Assembly: GCA_973895155.1 (NCBI GenBank) | Contig: OZ316897.1 | Span: 2,049,312 to 2,113,311, forward strand | Length of the DNA stretch: 64,000 bases | Direction of reading: 5' to 3' | DNA from: Marsupella aquatica | Lineage: Eukaryota > Plantae > Marchantiophyta | In this document: piece by piece, positions 42,439 through 52,600 of the stretch | How the letters are laid out: every line of letters begins with the position of its first letter | How positions within the stretch are numbered: the first letter of the stretch is position 1 | Program-made: the position numbers and the translations under genes | Notes under the pieces: generated by a model | Databases searched by the model: none | Seen by the model: the letters and a program-made list of their open reading frames with translations, nothing else | What the model was told of the DNA's origin: nothing

Positions 42439-44630
42439 AATCATATTCACATTTCACTCGTTTAACCTCTAGAACGCACGCGGACTCTATCCTGTACACG
42501 GTTTACATGGTAGGCAAATCTGACTTTCAGAGTAAGGAAGACAAAACTGAAGGTCCAAGAACAGCAGCAGGGAATGATTGCAATCATCCAGAAAACTGAG
42601 TACCGTTCATTCGTAGCAGTGACAGTGTGACTGTTGCTACTCCCCAGGTTTCATGGCAAAACAATTCATAATATTACCTGACTTGTCGGGACTTACGAAA
42701 GCCCAATTTCTTCATCAACATTTCCGTAAAGTCTAGAATTTTCGCGCACATCTAAACGTTTTCCAGGACCTGATGTAGATAGGTCACGCTCACTGGATGA
42801 ATCTGTCGGGTCAACAAGGTCATTTGCGGCCATACCACATCGACCACATTGAATGTCGTTATTCGGTGCAGCAAGATGACTCAAATCTGTCTCACTATCA
42901 ACACTGCGAGTTGCATCGTCTGTGTCCATTCCGCTTGAGGAATCTGCGAATGGCGTGTCGATATCGATGGCATGTATTTCCGTCGGCCTTGGAACAAACA
43001 TGCTGCGTCCAAATATCAACCCCGTGGAAACTGAGTATATGCAACACCACATGCATGAGTAAAGAAATTGAGGGCAAGCTTCCATTAGATCATTGTTTTG
43101 GGCATCCAGACATGTGTTATCTCACCTGTCCAAATTCAGGCTCCTGTACCCTCTACAACGGAGTTTGAGGATGCACGGCGCAAGTTACAAGACACACTCA
43201 AAGGTCGGCACCCATTGATAGGGCATGTGGCATATGTCCATGCTAGAGGAAAATCAAAAGATGCAGTCTCTGGGTTTATTCAAAGACACAGGATAATCAA
43301 TACTGAATGCTACAGAACATATTGCTACTAGTGCCGCCTGAATTCGCGAACTTGTGAGTGAAAAAGCATCTGTGGGCTCTAGAGCGCGATCCAAACTTTG
43401 GATCGTTCTTCAAGGCGCAATAAAAAGTCATAAGCTTCTGCCGCAATCTCAAAAGGGGTGCATGATTGTAAACAGTGGAACTTCCGCTCCATGATACTCT
43501 GCTTATTCGCAGTTCCGTTCAACTCTTACTGATAAGCTCCGTCAAAACAGAGTTTTTGCGTGTACGAACGAAAAATGCATGAATACTCTGTTTCATTCGA
43601 GTTCCAGCACAAATTCATGGCCACCCAGCAGCGTTGCTGAGTGTAAGCCAATTTCTGTACAATTGCAATATCACAGGTTGACCGTAACTTAGTTGTATGG
43701 GCTGCGTCAGGTTGCTAAGAAGATCTGATCCCACCTTGCCCAATATACAATACTACCAACGGTAGCCAGCATTGCATACTATCATAGCTCGCGGCCTGAA
43801 ACCAGTTTCACTCTCTCGTTCACAGGAAGGCAAGGCTACCTTCACAAATAGCCTACTTGTACTGAATTCACAAAGACAATCAAGCTCGCCGTGTAAGAGT
43901 TGCCGGAAAGTCTGATAAGTTTTTAATCTAATCTTCACGAAAATTTGAGAAGAAAACAGAATAACTTTCACCACACCAAAGAACGCCACCATCGATACGA
44001 CGAAAATTTGAAGTGCGCGAGCTATTCATCGAAGGACGGGGGTAAAACAAGATCTGTGTACCGCATTTCGTGGTGTTCAGAACAGTATTGTGATACAAAT
44101 AACAGAGGGAGCCACCTGGGACACGAAGGATCGATGGGAAGAAAGCCAGAGGATACCAGGCATGGGATCAGTCGCAAACCAGGCAGATGGGTTTCCCGAT
44201 GGAAACAGACTGCTATTCACCGAATTCACGACGAGACGACGCAGCTTTACGAAGAGAAATCCATATACACTGGCTAATGACGAATAGTACCTGAGGAGTT
44301 GCACGTCCGCCTGCTCTTCACGTACCTCCTCAGGGACTTCTGTGATGACAGCATGAGAGCTCCTCAAAATCCTCCAAAGCCATCTGAACCACTCCCAATT
44401 GAAGACCAGGGCTCTCGTAACTACGACAAACACAGCGCTTGACAGTACCCCGGCCAGCACGTTAAAAGCAAGGGCGTCCATTCGTCCGTCGATCAGATTT
44501 CCTTCTCGTATGTCCACCGTCGATCCCCGGACTCGGAAAGAGCTCGTCTGCAGAGTACGTCGTCCTTCTGTTTGGGCCAATCTGTCACGTACAAATGGTG
44601 CGTGCGATTCGCAACAATAATAATTGGTGC
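42439..44630. repeat. Copy 1 of a ~2.2-kb direct duplication (copy 2 at 56418-59925)
   Basis: Near-identical sequence; identical ORF-track translations (e.g. MVAFFGVVKV..., GIQTCVISPV...). Confidence 0.95.
42693..44481 (-). CDS. Putative orphan gene, hydrophobic N-terminus plus acidic tail (~166 aa); exons 44481-44291 and 43002-42693
   Basis: MDALAFNVLAGVLSSAVFVVV..WEWFRWLWRI exon ends at CAG|GTACTA (CAG|GTTAGT in copy 2); phase-2 join to GACGCAG|C at 43002 is in frame with the 42693 ORF. No homology recognised. Confidence 0.3.
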
Positions 44631-44960
44631 TAGTAGCCTTGCCTCCGTGGTGCCTTGGTTACCGAATTGGTGCTAGTTGCCTTGGTGCCTTGGTTACCGA
44701 GACAGATGACGATGCCGCACTGTAGCCACGGCACTACGGCAGAGCTTGGCGCAGTGCATAGCTAATGCCCTGACCTTGCGCCTCTGTAGAATATAAGTCC
44801 AGCAGTACATTCCACGCATCATCACTACATCGGCTCCGAGCTCCACTAGTCTACAATTGCTTCGAGCATCGCCGTAGCCTTGCCTCCATGAATCTGTCTG
44901 GAGACGGCATCGGCGCGACTAACTTGCACGTCGTTCGTGCCATCGGGGAAATTCCCCGCT

Positions 44961-45105
44961 CCCATAGTCACGTCACTGCATCCCATAGTCACGTCACTGC
45001 ATCCCATAGTCACGTCACTGCATCCCATAGTCACACGTCACTGCATCCCATAGTCACGTCACTGCATCCCATAGTCACGTCACTGCATCCCATAGTCCCG
45101 TCACT
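44961..45105. repeat. 21-bp minisatellite (CCCATAGTCACGTCACTGCAT) about 7 copies
   Basis: Direct inspection; produces MGCSDVT repeats in the ORF track. Confidence 0.95.
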
Positions 45106-45146
45106 GGAGTTCACTTGAAAAGGATAATGTCCTGGTTAGAGGGCAT

Positions 45147-45297
45147 TGTGGAATATAATGCCCTGAGAAACCAAGGCAGTAGCCCTAGTTTTGAGAGTCA
45201 GCCTATAACTAGTACATTAATGTGGAATATAATGCCCTGAGAAACCAAGGCAGTAGCCCTAGTTTTGAGAGTCAGCCTATAACTAGTACATTAATGT
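45147..45297. repeat. ~73-bp tandem duplication
   Basis: TGTGGAATAT(AT)AATGCCCTGAGAAACC...CTAGTACATTAATG x2. Confidence 0.9.
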
Positions 45298-46049
45298 ATG
45301 TAAAAACTTGAGTGATTTTTTGTAACAAACAAGAAAAAGTGAATAATTCAAATTAAAAATCATCCAAGAAGTGGTTGCTATGGAATTGACCAAAAATATA
45401 TGTTTTTTAGTTATATTCTATTCATAGATATTTTGTTTGTATCAGTGTATAAGATTTGGTTATCATCTTGAGATCTTGACTAAATTTAATATTTTTTTGT
45501 GTATAGTAAAATCATATTTAATTTTTACTTTTACAATATTTATGATGTTTTGTATAATCCCCTCCTCAAAAAAAGGGGTGCATTATGGAGAATTAATGCA
45601 CTCAAATATACAAAGAGAAAATCATGAAAGGCTTTATGTGTGGTCTGCTCTCCCTACTCCCTCCTCCCATACTCCCGTCATTGCAGTGGACTTGTGTGGT
45701 CTGCTCTCCTAGAGATTAGAGCTTAGAGCTGCCACAGCCTCACGACTCTTCTGCCATGTCCCTCCCTCGCAAAGGGCCGTGCGTCACTCGCTGCAAGTAC
45801 CTTAACACAGTACCTTAACAAAGCATCCTTGCATCGGCTCTTCATTTTTAGGTACATCAGTACATCACACATATCACCCACACATACCACCCCCTGCCAC
45901 ACTATAAAAGTCTCATTCTGTGCCTCACTACCCACGATAAGAGGCGGAGCATTCTCCACCTTTGTGCCTTTGTGGAGCTCAACCTCCTTTCTACTAACTA
46001 TGAGTGTGCATTGTATAATGAGAGTTACAGGTAACCCGTAGCCCTTTAT

Positions 46050-49000
46050 AAAGTAGAGAAAATATACACATACTTTTTACAGAAAAAGGGCAAATAGAGT
46101 ACAAAAGAATAAACAAGAGAGGTCCCAAGTGGACAAAACCAAACACAAAAGAAGTGAGCAAAAGGAAACCCTAAAAACCAAGAAAGAGGAACTAAAAGAA
46201 GTGAGCAAAAGGAAACCCCTAAAAACCAAGAAAGAGGAACTAAAACTACCGCAAATGGACCGAGGTCCTCATCATACCTAGCAAATGTGGCAACAAGCTA
46301 GTGGTCTACATCAAGTGTCGAAACTAGATCGGCAAGTGGGACAGGAATGTCCCCTAGGGGGGCTAGCCGCTGCGGAGTCACACTAGCACCCACTGTCAGA
46401 GATCGACGATAGACGGCCCGAGCTTGAGCACGCTGTAAGGTGACTGAAATGCGTTGGCGAAAGTGCGTGGTCAAAACAGATAGCGGGGGCCCGGTGGGAC
46501 CCATCCGGCCGTGCACATCCCGAGCAGCTTGGCGAAGAAGCCCGTCGAACTGATGATGGAGACGCCCAAATATCTCAAGAGCAAGGGGCAGGAAGCTATC
46601 AGATGAAGCTCGTGCAACATATTTGGCCTCCTTCGTTGTTGTTGCTCGTGATGCTGCTGCCCCTGCCGTTGTTGCCGCTGTCCCAATGATGTCTTGGCGC
46701 AATGGGTTTGCCACCACTACATCTGCCAAAGTACGGTGACCGTGACGGACCATGGTAAGATCCACCCGTAACCGCTGTGATGGAGGACCAGGTAACTCGA
46801 GCACCACCTCCCGCCGTGCACAGACCAAAGAGCCAGAGAGAACCTGAGCAATCGCATCTCTCACAGCGTCGTGAACAAAAATGGTTTCGCCGCCCAAACT
46901 GCATCGAAGAAGATGGACACCTGTGGCATCACAAGGCTTCCCACAAGTGCAAGTAGGAGGTAAACCAGCAAGAAGTGGGTGGGGCAAGCCCATACGAAGA
47001 CGCATGGCTGTCGCAAACTCCGCTGAAGACATCCGTAGGTGAGGAATGACTGGATTGGCCTGAAGCCAGCCTCCTGCGCCCTTCCCTCCGGAAGAAAGAA
47101 TCCGAGCTCGGTCCGTGTCAGGTGCCTCAGTGAGGATGCTAGAAAGGGTCAAAGCGTGCATATGCCCAGCAAGGTCTGCCTGAAGACGGACAGGGTCCAA
47201 GGATAAAAACTCCTGGAATGAAGGTAACGCAGCTCGAACAGGATCGGGTAATGATGACCGCGCCGTGCGCAAATGAACCTTAAATGGGAGGGAACCCTCC
47301 TCGACCTCCATGAGAGATGAAAGTAAAAAAGGTCGATCCTCAGTAAGGAAATGATCTGCCAACAATGAGAAGGCGGCCGCCCACGCGCCCAAGAAGGCCA
47401 AAGGTGCAAGGCGCTCAGTGGAAGTAAGCCCAAAACCACCGTGAGAAATAGGAAGACTGAGCTGTCGATGAAGCCACGGAGATGAGAGTAAAGTACCTAG
47501 CCTTAAAAGAGAGGCCAAAGTCTCACAAATGGAGACATCAAACGCTCGGAGGTGTAGATAAAGATCCTCGGTAGGGGGATGTGTCCGAGCCAAATAGGAC
47601 GCACGAGGTGGATGCATCTCAACAACAACCCAAATGCTGCCTGAGAGTCTGCTAACTTAGGGAGCATAGGAGTAGGGGCTAAGGCAGCCTGGAGAGCGTC
47701 AGCAATGAAAGATGAGCAAAAGGAGGCGGTACCGACTGGGGAGCCAAGGACCCGAAGACCGTTGGCAGGACGTAAGAACCCAGGGAGAAGCGCAAGATCA
47801 GAGGGTAATCGAGCTAGACTCCATGCACGACTCTTCACCGGCTGAACTCGTAAACCGAGGGCCAACAAATGGGTGGAAAGGGTGGCGAGGGCAGAAATAA
47901 CAGCAACAGGTGGACCAATGATGTGGGTGTCATCTGAAAGGGAGGGGAAGATACACTGGGGGTGGGCCGCGGAGGCTTCTCGTAAAGCAGTAAAATGGGC
48001 AATGGCAAAAAGAGGCCCACCCAAAGGGTCACCCTGACATGTACCTTCTGCAGAAGAAAGAGTGGTATACACTCCTATAGAAGTGTGATGACTATAGAAG
48101 AGGGGGGCCTCGAACCCATACAAACAACGGACAAAGGGGATAAGGGACTGGATGTCTGGATCCGCTGCCCTCAAAGCACGAAAAATTGCTACCCGAGAAA
48201 CCGTATTGAAAGCATTGGAGACATCAACCTGGAGGACAACCCAATCAGGGTGGAGGTCCAAGGTAGTACGAATACTCGCAATAACTGTCTCACAACCGCC
48301 AGGAACGCCCACTGCAAACTGATGTGGAGAGAGATGATCCGATAGTGCAGAGTGATACTGCGATGAAAGTGCGCGAGACACCAGACGAAGAAAAACCTCT
48401 CCAATAGCTATGGGCCGAACACCCGGTGAAGACTTAGCCATGGCCAATAAACGAGAAGCAGTGCTCAAAAGCCGAGAGACTGGAGGAGGCAAACGGCCGG
48501 CAGCAATACACTGGCAAAAGGAGAAGAAAACTGGAAAACCAGACTGAGGATCCTCAGGGGGGAATAAATCACGAAAATGCTCAAAGACATAGCCAGAGGG
48601 GCCACCAGCCGCGCAACGCGGAGCATGGAGGAAAGCATAGGTGAAGTGGTCCCTACTAAACTGAAGATCCTCCTCAGGCTCAAAATCCTCCACGAACAAA
48701 GGGAGCTGATCATAGGGCTGCGGATGGAGATCCTGAAGGGCCGTCAAGGTGACCTTGCCAGGGGGGGCTGGTGTGGTGGGAGAAAGGGCCTGGACCGCAC
48801 GACGATATTCACCAGCCTGGGCTAAATGACAAGAGCAACGAAGGCGTCTGTGCTCTGGAGGATGAGAGTGGCGAGCTGGGTCAGACAAAGCACGGGTAGT
48901 AAAGGAACGGGCTCGAAGAAAGTACTCTTCCTGAAGCTGTTCCCAATCTCCCCGTAGAAAACGATGGATACGAGAGGCAGTCTCACGATGACCCACGCGA

Positions 49001-50676
49001 CCACCGTGACTAGGGAGGGTAAGAGTCCACTGTGGAAAAAGCATGAGTAAAGACCAATAGGAGACCTCGATAGGATGCGCCAAGATAAGCTGCATGAGTT
49101 GCAACAAGGATGACCGAACTAATGGGCGCAACGCTAGTGGGATGTGGTTATAAAGGCGAGGTCTAATGTACCCTGGATGGTAGGCTGGAAGGGGGTCTAG
49201 AGAGCAAACCCAACTCCATGCCTGCTCGGAAGCCTCCAAGGAAGGAGGGGCAGAGCTAACTGGGTCAAGAGGGGGCTGGGGCTGGGATTGGGCTTGCTGG
49301 CGACGTTGGCACCGGCCCCGCCCGCGGTGATGAGGAAGGGAGAGGCCAACCCAGCCACACTCAGGACAAGTATGCAGGGGACGCTCGTCTGGGGAGGGAA
49401 CAGGGAACGACTGGACAGGAGGTGGGGGGGGAACCGACGTGGATGAAGAGGCCGGAGGGGGATGTTGGAGGGGTGGAGGGGGAATGGGCTGGGGAGAGGA
49501 GCCAGGGCGTCGATGGGGTGGGCAGTAGACTGGGGGGACTGGCAGAACATCGGGCATGGGGTCATCACGAAGATGAGAGAGATCCAATGAAGAAGAGCAA
49601 ACACGAAGGCGACCACGAGGCGGGGGGGAGGAGGGGGGAGAACTGTGTTGGGGGGGCTGGGCGCTTGCCCCGCGCCAACACTCTCAACGTAGACATGACA
49701 GGTCGCAACCCGATAAAAGCAAAAGCGCATCAAGAAGCGACAAAAGGCCCAACCAAGACATGTGAAAAGAAAGGGAAGGCTATGGAGAGAGCCCACCGCG
49801 TCAAGATCCGAGAAGCGGCGCCATCGCTAGCCTAGAAAACCGTTGAGCACGTGCAGGCACAGCCGGGAACTAAGCTGGAGCTCTCGTCGATGTGTCCGTT
49901 GAGGAGTCAATGCGAGTGAATATCTCTTCGCTGATTTGAGCGTGCTGCTACAGCTCTCAAAGATGGTGGAATGCAAACTGGTCCACTAAACTTGGCAAAA
50001 ATCACCTTGTCAGAACTGAAGAAGAAAGGCAACCACCAAGCGGAGGAAAAACATGGCAAGACAGGAATGCTCCAAAGCTGATCAAGGGAAACCGTCACCA
50101 AAAATGGAGGAGTAAATCAGAATCGTAATCGGAGCCGAAAGTGGTTGATATGTCACCAAAAGGACCGCGGTAGGGATAGATGTTGCACTCCCGGACAAGA
50201 GCTGGCCAAATCACATGAGAATGCCGGATTTCGTGAACGAGGAACTGCTACAGGACCCCAAAGCTAATTGAAAGTGAGAACGGTGGAAATTGAAGAAAAA
50301 ATGTGAGAGCTAATCAAAGTCCAATCGGGGCAATAGGAGACCAATTGGACCGCTCTTGGGATCAATCTGATGCTCCCGGAGAAGAGCTATACAAAGCACT
50401 TGAGAAATCTGAAATCCGTGAAAGATTGACCGAGATATGACCGTCGAAAGGAAGACGAAAATCGCAGGAAAACGACTGAAAAATGGCGAAAATGAATGTG
50501 ACCATAAGTATGTCGATACGGCACCATTTTGGACGTGTTTTATATCGATTTGATGCGCCTCGGCAAGAGCAAGCTAATGCAACTGAGAAAATTGGATTCC
50601 GAGAAAAACTGAGTGCGGGAGGGTAGTCGAAGTGGCGCGAAAACTGTGCTAGAGTCTGAACTCCATAGCCAGGAGC
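46050..50676 (-). mobile_element. Near full-length CRE-clade-like non-LTR retrotransposon (RT + restriction-like endonuclease), subfamily A; 5' boundary approximate
   Basis: Single long ORF with zinc finger, RT and RLE (see pseudogene entry); T-rich 3'UTR ending ~46050 with no poly(A). Confidence 0.85.
46298..49587 (-). pseudogene. CRE-type ORF: Pro-rich N-terminus, zinc finger (CPEC..HH..C), reverse transcriptase, CCHC and RLE; one frameshift near 47610
   Basis: RT motifs GGPSG, RPIAIGE, QFAVG..GGCE, DVSNAFN, QGDPLG, LSDD, GL.VQ..KS, LGSPVG; RLE motifs CTCG..D..G.HLL.C, HDAVRD, RVD, ADVVV, KEAKY, FLPLALEIFG; the two ORFs overlap and join as RCI/PRASYLART. Confidence 0.9.
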
Positions 50677-50729
50677 TCAAAGACCTAAGACCCATGATAA
50701 AGTCGTTCCACATCTCCACATAAGTATGG

Positions 50730-51026
50730 GGTGGAGCTCAAACTCCTTTCTACTAACTATTAGTTTGCATTGTCTAATGAGAGCTACAAATAACACGTAG
50801 CCCTTTATGGGTGCAGTGCAGTTATAGTTTAACAAATCATCGGTTACCTGAATCTGTGTGCATTGTATAATGAGAGCTACAGGTAACAAGTAACCCTTTA
50901 TGGGTGTAGTTGTGGTTTAACAAATCATGGGCTAAGTGAATCCATGCATTTTATAATGAGAGCTACAGGGAACACATAGCACTTTATAGGTGCAGTTGTG
51001 GTTCAACAAATCATAGGCTATTCATT
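50730..51026. repeat. ~90-bp tandem repeat (TGCATTGTATAATGAGAGCTACAGGTAAC..CCCTTTATGGGTG..GTTTAACAAATCAT) x3; same family at 45840-46049 and 52379-52540
   Basis: Direct inspection. Confidence 0.85.
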
Positions 51027-52378
51027 ATTATATATATACTAGCCCCATGCCTGTGCGTTGCACAAAAGATATTGAGGTGAGGAAAGGATGTCGAGGTGAA
51101 AAAATATGTTAATAAGAGCAAAAGATGTCAAGGTGAAGGAAAGAAATCAAGGTGCGAAAAAGATATCAAGGAGAGAAAAGAGTCTATGTGTTACACAAAA
51201 GATGTTGAGGTGAGAAAAGATGTCGAGATGAGGAAATTAAAGACGTTGAGTTGAAAAAAGATGTCAAGGAGAGAGAAAAATGGCAAGGGTGAAGGAAAAA
51301 TGTTGAGATATGATGAAGATATCAAGGTGAGAAAAAGATGGCGAGATGAGAAAAGATTTCGACACTGAGAAAAAGATGGTGTGATGTGATAAAGATGTCA
51401 AGGTGAGAAAAGACCTTGAGTAAAGAAAAAGATGTTGAGTAGATAAAAGATGCTCAGGTGAGATAAAGATGGCAATGTGAGAAAGAGATTTGCTTCCAAG
51501 TAAGACCTTAAGACTATATATGGAAAATTTTGTAAGACATTCATGATTAAAAACTATAGAGAATTTTGTCACATTGGGTGTGAAAATCTCATCATTTTGA
51601 CACAATATAAATATTTAGGTATATTTTTTAAATGTTTGGGAAGTTTAAAAACACTAAATTAATTTTTTTCTCCCTTTATCATCTTTTCCCACATTCTAAT
51701 ATTTGTTCCTATCCTAACTTTTATCTTTAATTTCTTTTGTTTTTCTTTTATTTCCCCTCCTCCCCTTTTCTTGCTCCCGAGCAGTTTCTCTCTACTCTCC
51801 CCATCAATTGCATAACATAATATTTTTATGGGAGTATAATAATTGGTTGTACATTCTAGTACAACACACATTCATGGTACTTTCAAGTACAATAGTCTCA
51901 TGTGCATATACTGTGGGCATGTGTAAGGTGTCTTTTGTCCTATGTGCATGTACTTTTGGCAGGTATACCTTAAACATGCTACTACGCCTATTAGTGTTAC
52001 TATACCTATTATTGTGAAACAAAAGAGATGATGATATGGGTTTGTGTGCATCTGATGGTGGGAAATAAATAGTCAATTCAATGGATGGTCATGATTGTTT
52101 CCCGCCATTTCTGATTTTCGTAAAGGGACGAAGGACGTAAAGAGGCGGGATGCAGTATTATAGTTGTAGATATCACATTGCCCAAGGGCACAAAACCCCA
52201 AACCAGGAGACATGCTCCCAAAGGCAAAGCAACCCAATGAAGAGGAGGAAAAGAGGGGAAGGGGCCCCAAGAAAAACAAGCCAAGGGGTCCCTAACCAAA
52301 AGCCAACAAAGGAACAAGGAACAAAAAGTAACCAACAAAGGAGCCCTGAAGGCTAACACCCTAGTGAGCGGAGAACCT
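51027..52378 (-). mobile_element. 5'-truncated CRE-type subfamily B 3' end (body 52171-52378, (TA)n tail 51027-51038), split by the Helitron
   Basis: Matches 37185-37445; 9-bp TSD CTATTCATT at 51018-51026 and 52379-52387. Confidence 0.8.
51039..52170 (-). mobile_element. Non-autonomous Helitron (1132 bp)
   Basis: Minus strand begins A|TCTACAACTATAATA and ends GTGCAACGCAC hairpin + AGGCATGGGG + CTAG|T; inserted in an AT dinucleotide without TSD; internal GATGTCAAGGTGAGAAAA repeats. Confidence 0.85.
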
Positions 52379-52530
52379 CTATTCATTTGAGGTACATCAC
52401 ACATATCACCTTAACAAATTCCTTTATAGGTGCATTTGTGGTTTAATAAATCTTCAGCTATTCATTTTAGGTACATCACATATATCACCTTAACAAATCT
52501 TTGGCTATTATATTTTAGGTACATCACATA

Positions 52531-52600
52531 TATCACACTGCCAATGTACAAAAAACACCAAACCTGGGAACAGGATCCCAATGGCAAAGCAACCCAATAG
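52531..52600 (-). mobile_element. Extreme 3' fragment of CRE-type subfamily B
   Basis: Reverse complement TTGGGTTGCTTTGCCATTGGGATCCTGTTCCCAGGTTTGG...CAGTGTGATA matches 37378-37445 and 52171-52240. Confidence 0.7.

Noticed and set aside
45972-50808. ~78-bp TSD around the CRE-type element
   Set aside because: The two flanking copies differ at roughly ten positions while the element is barely decayed, and further copies follow; better explained as pre-existing repeat units.
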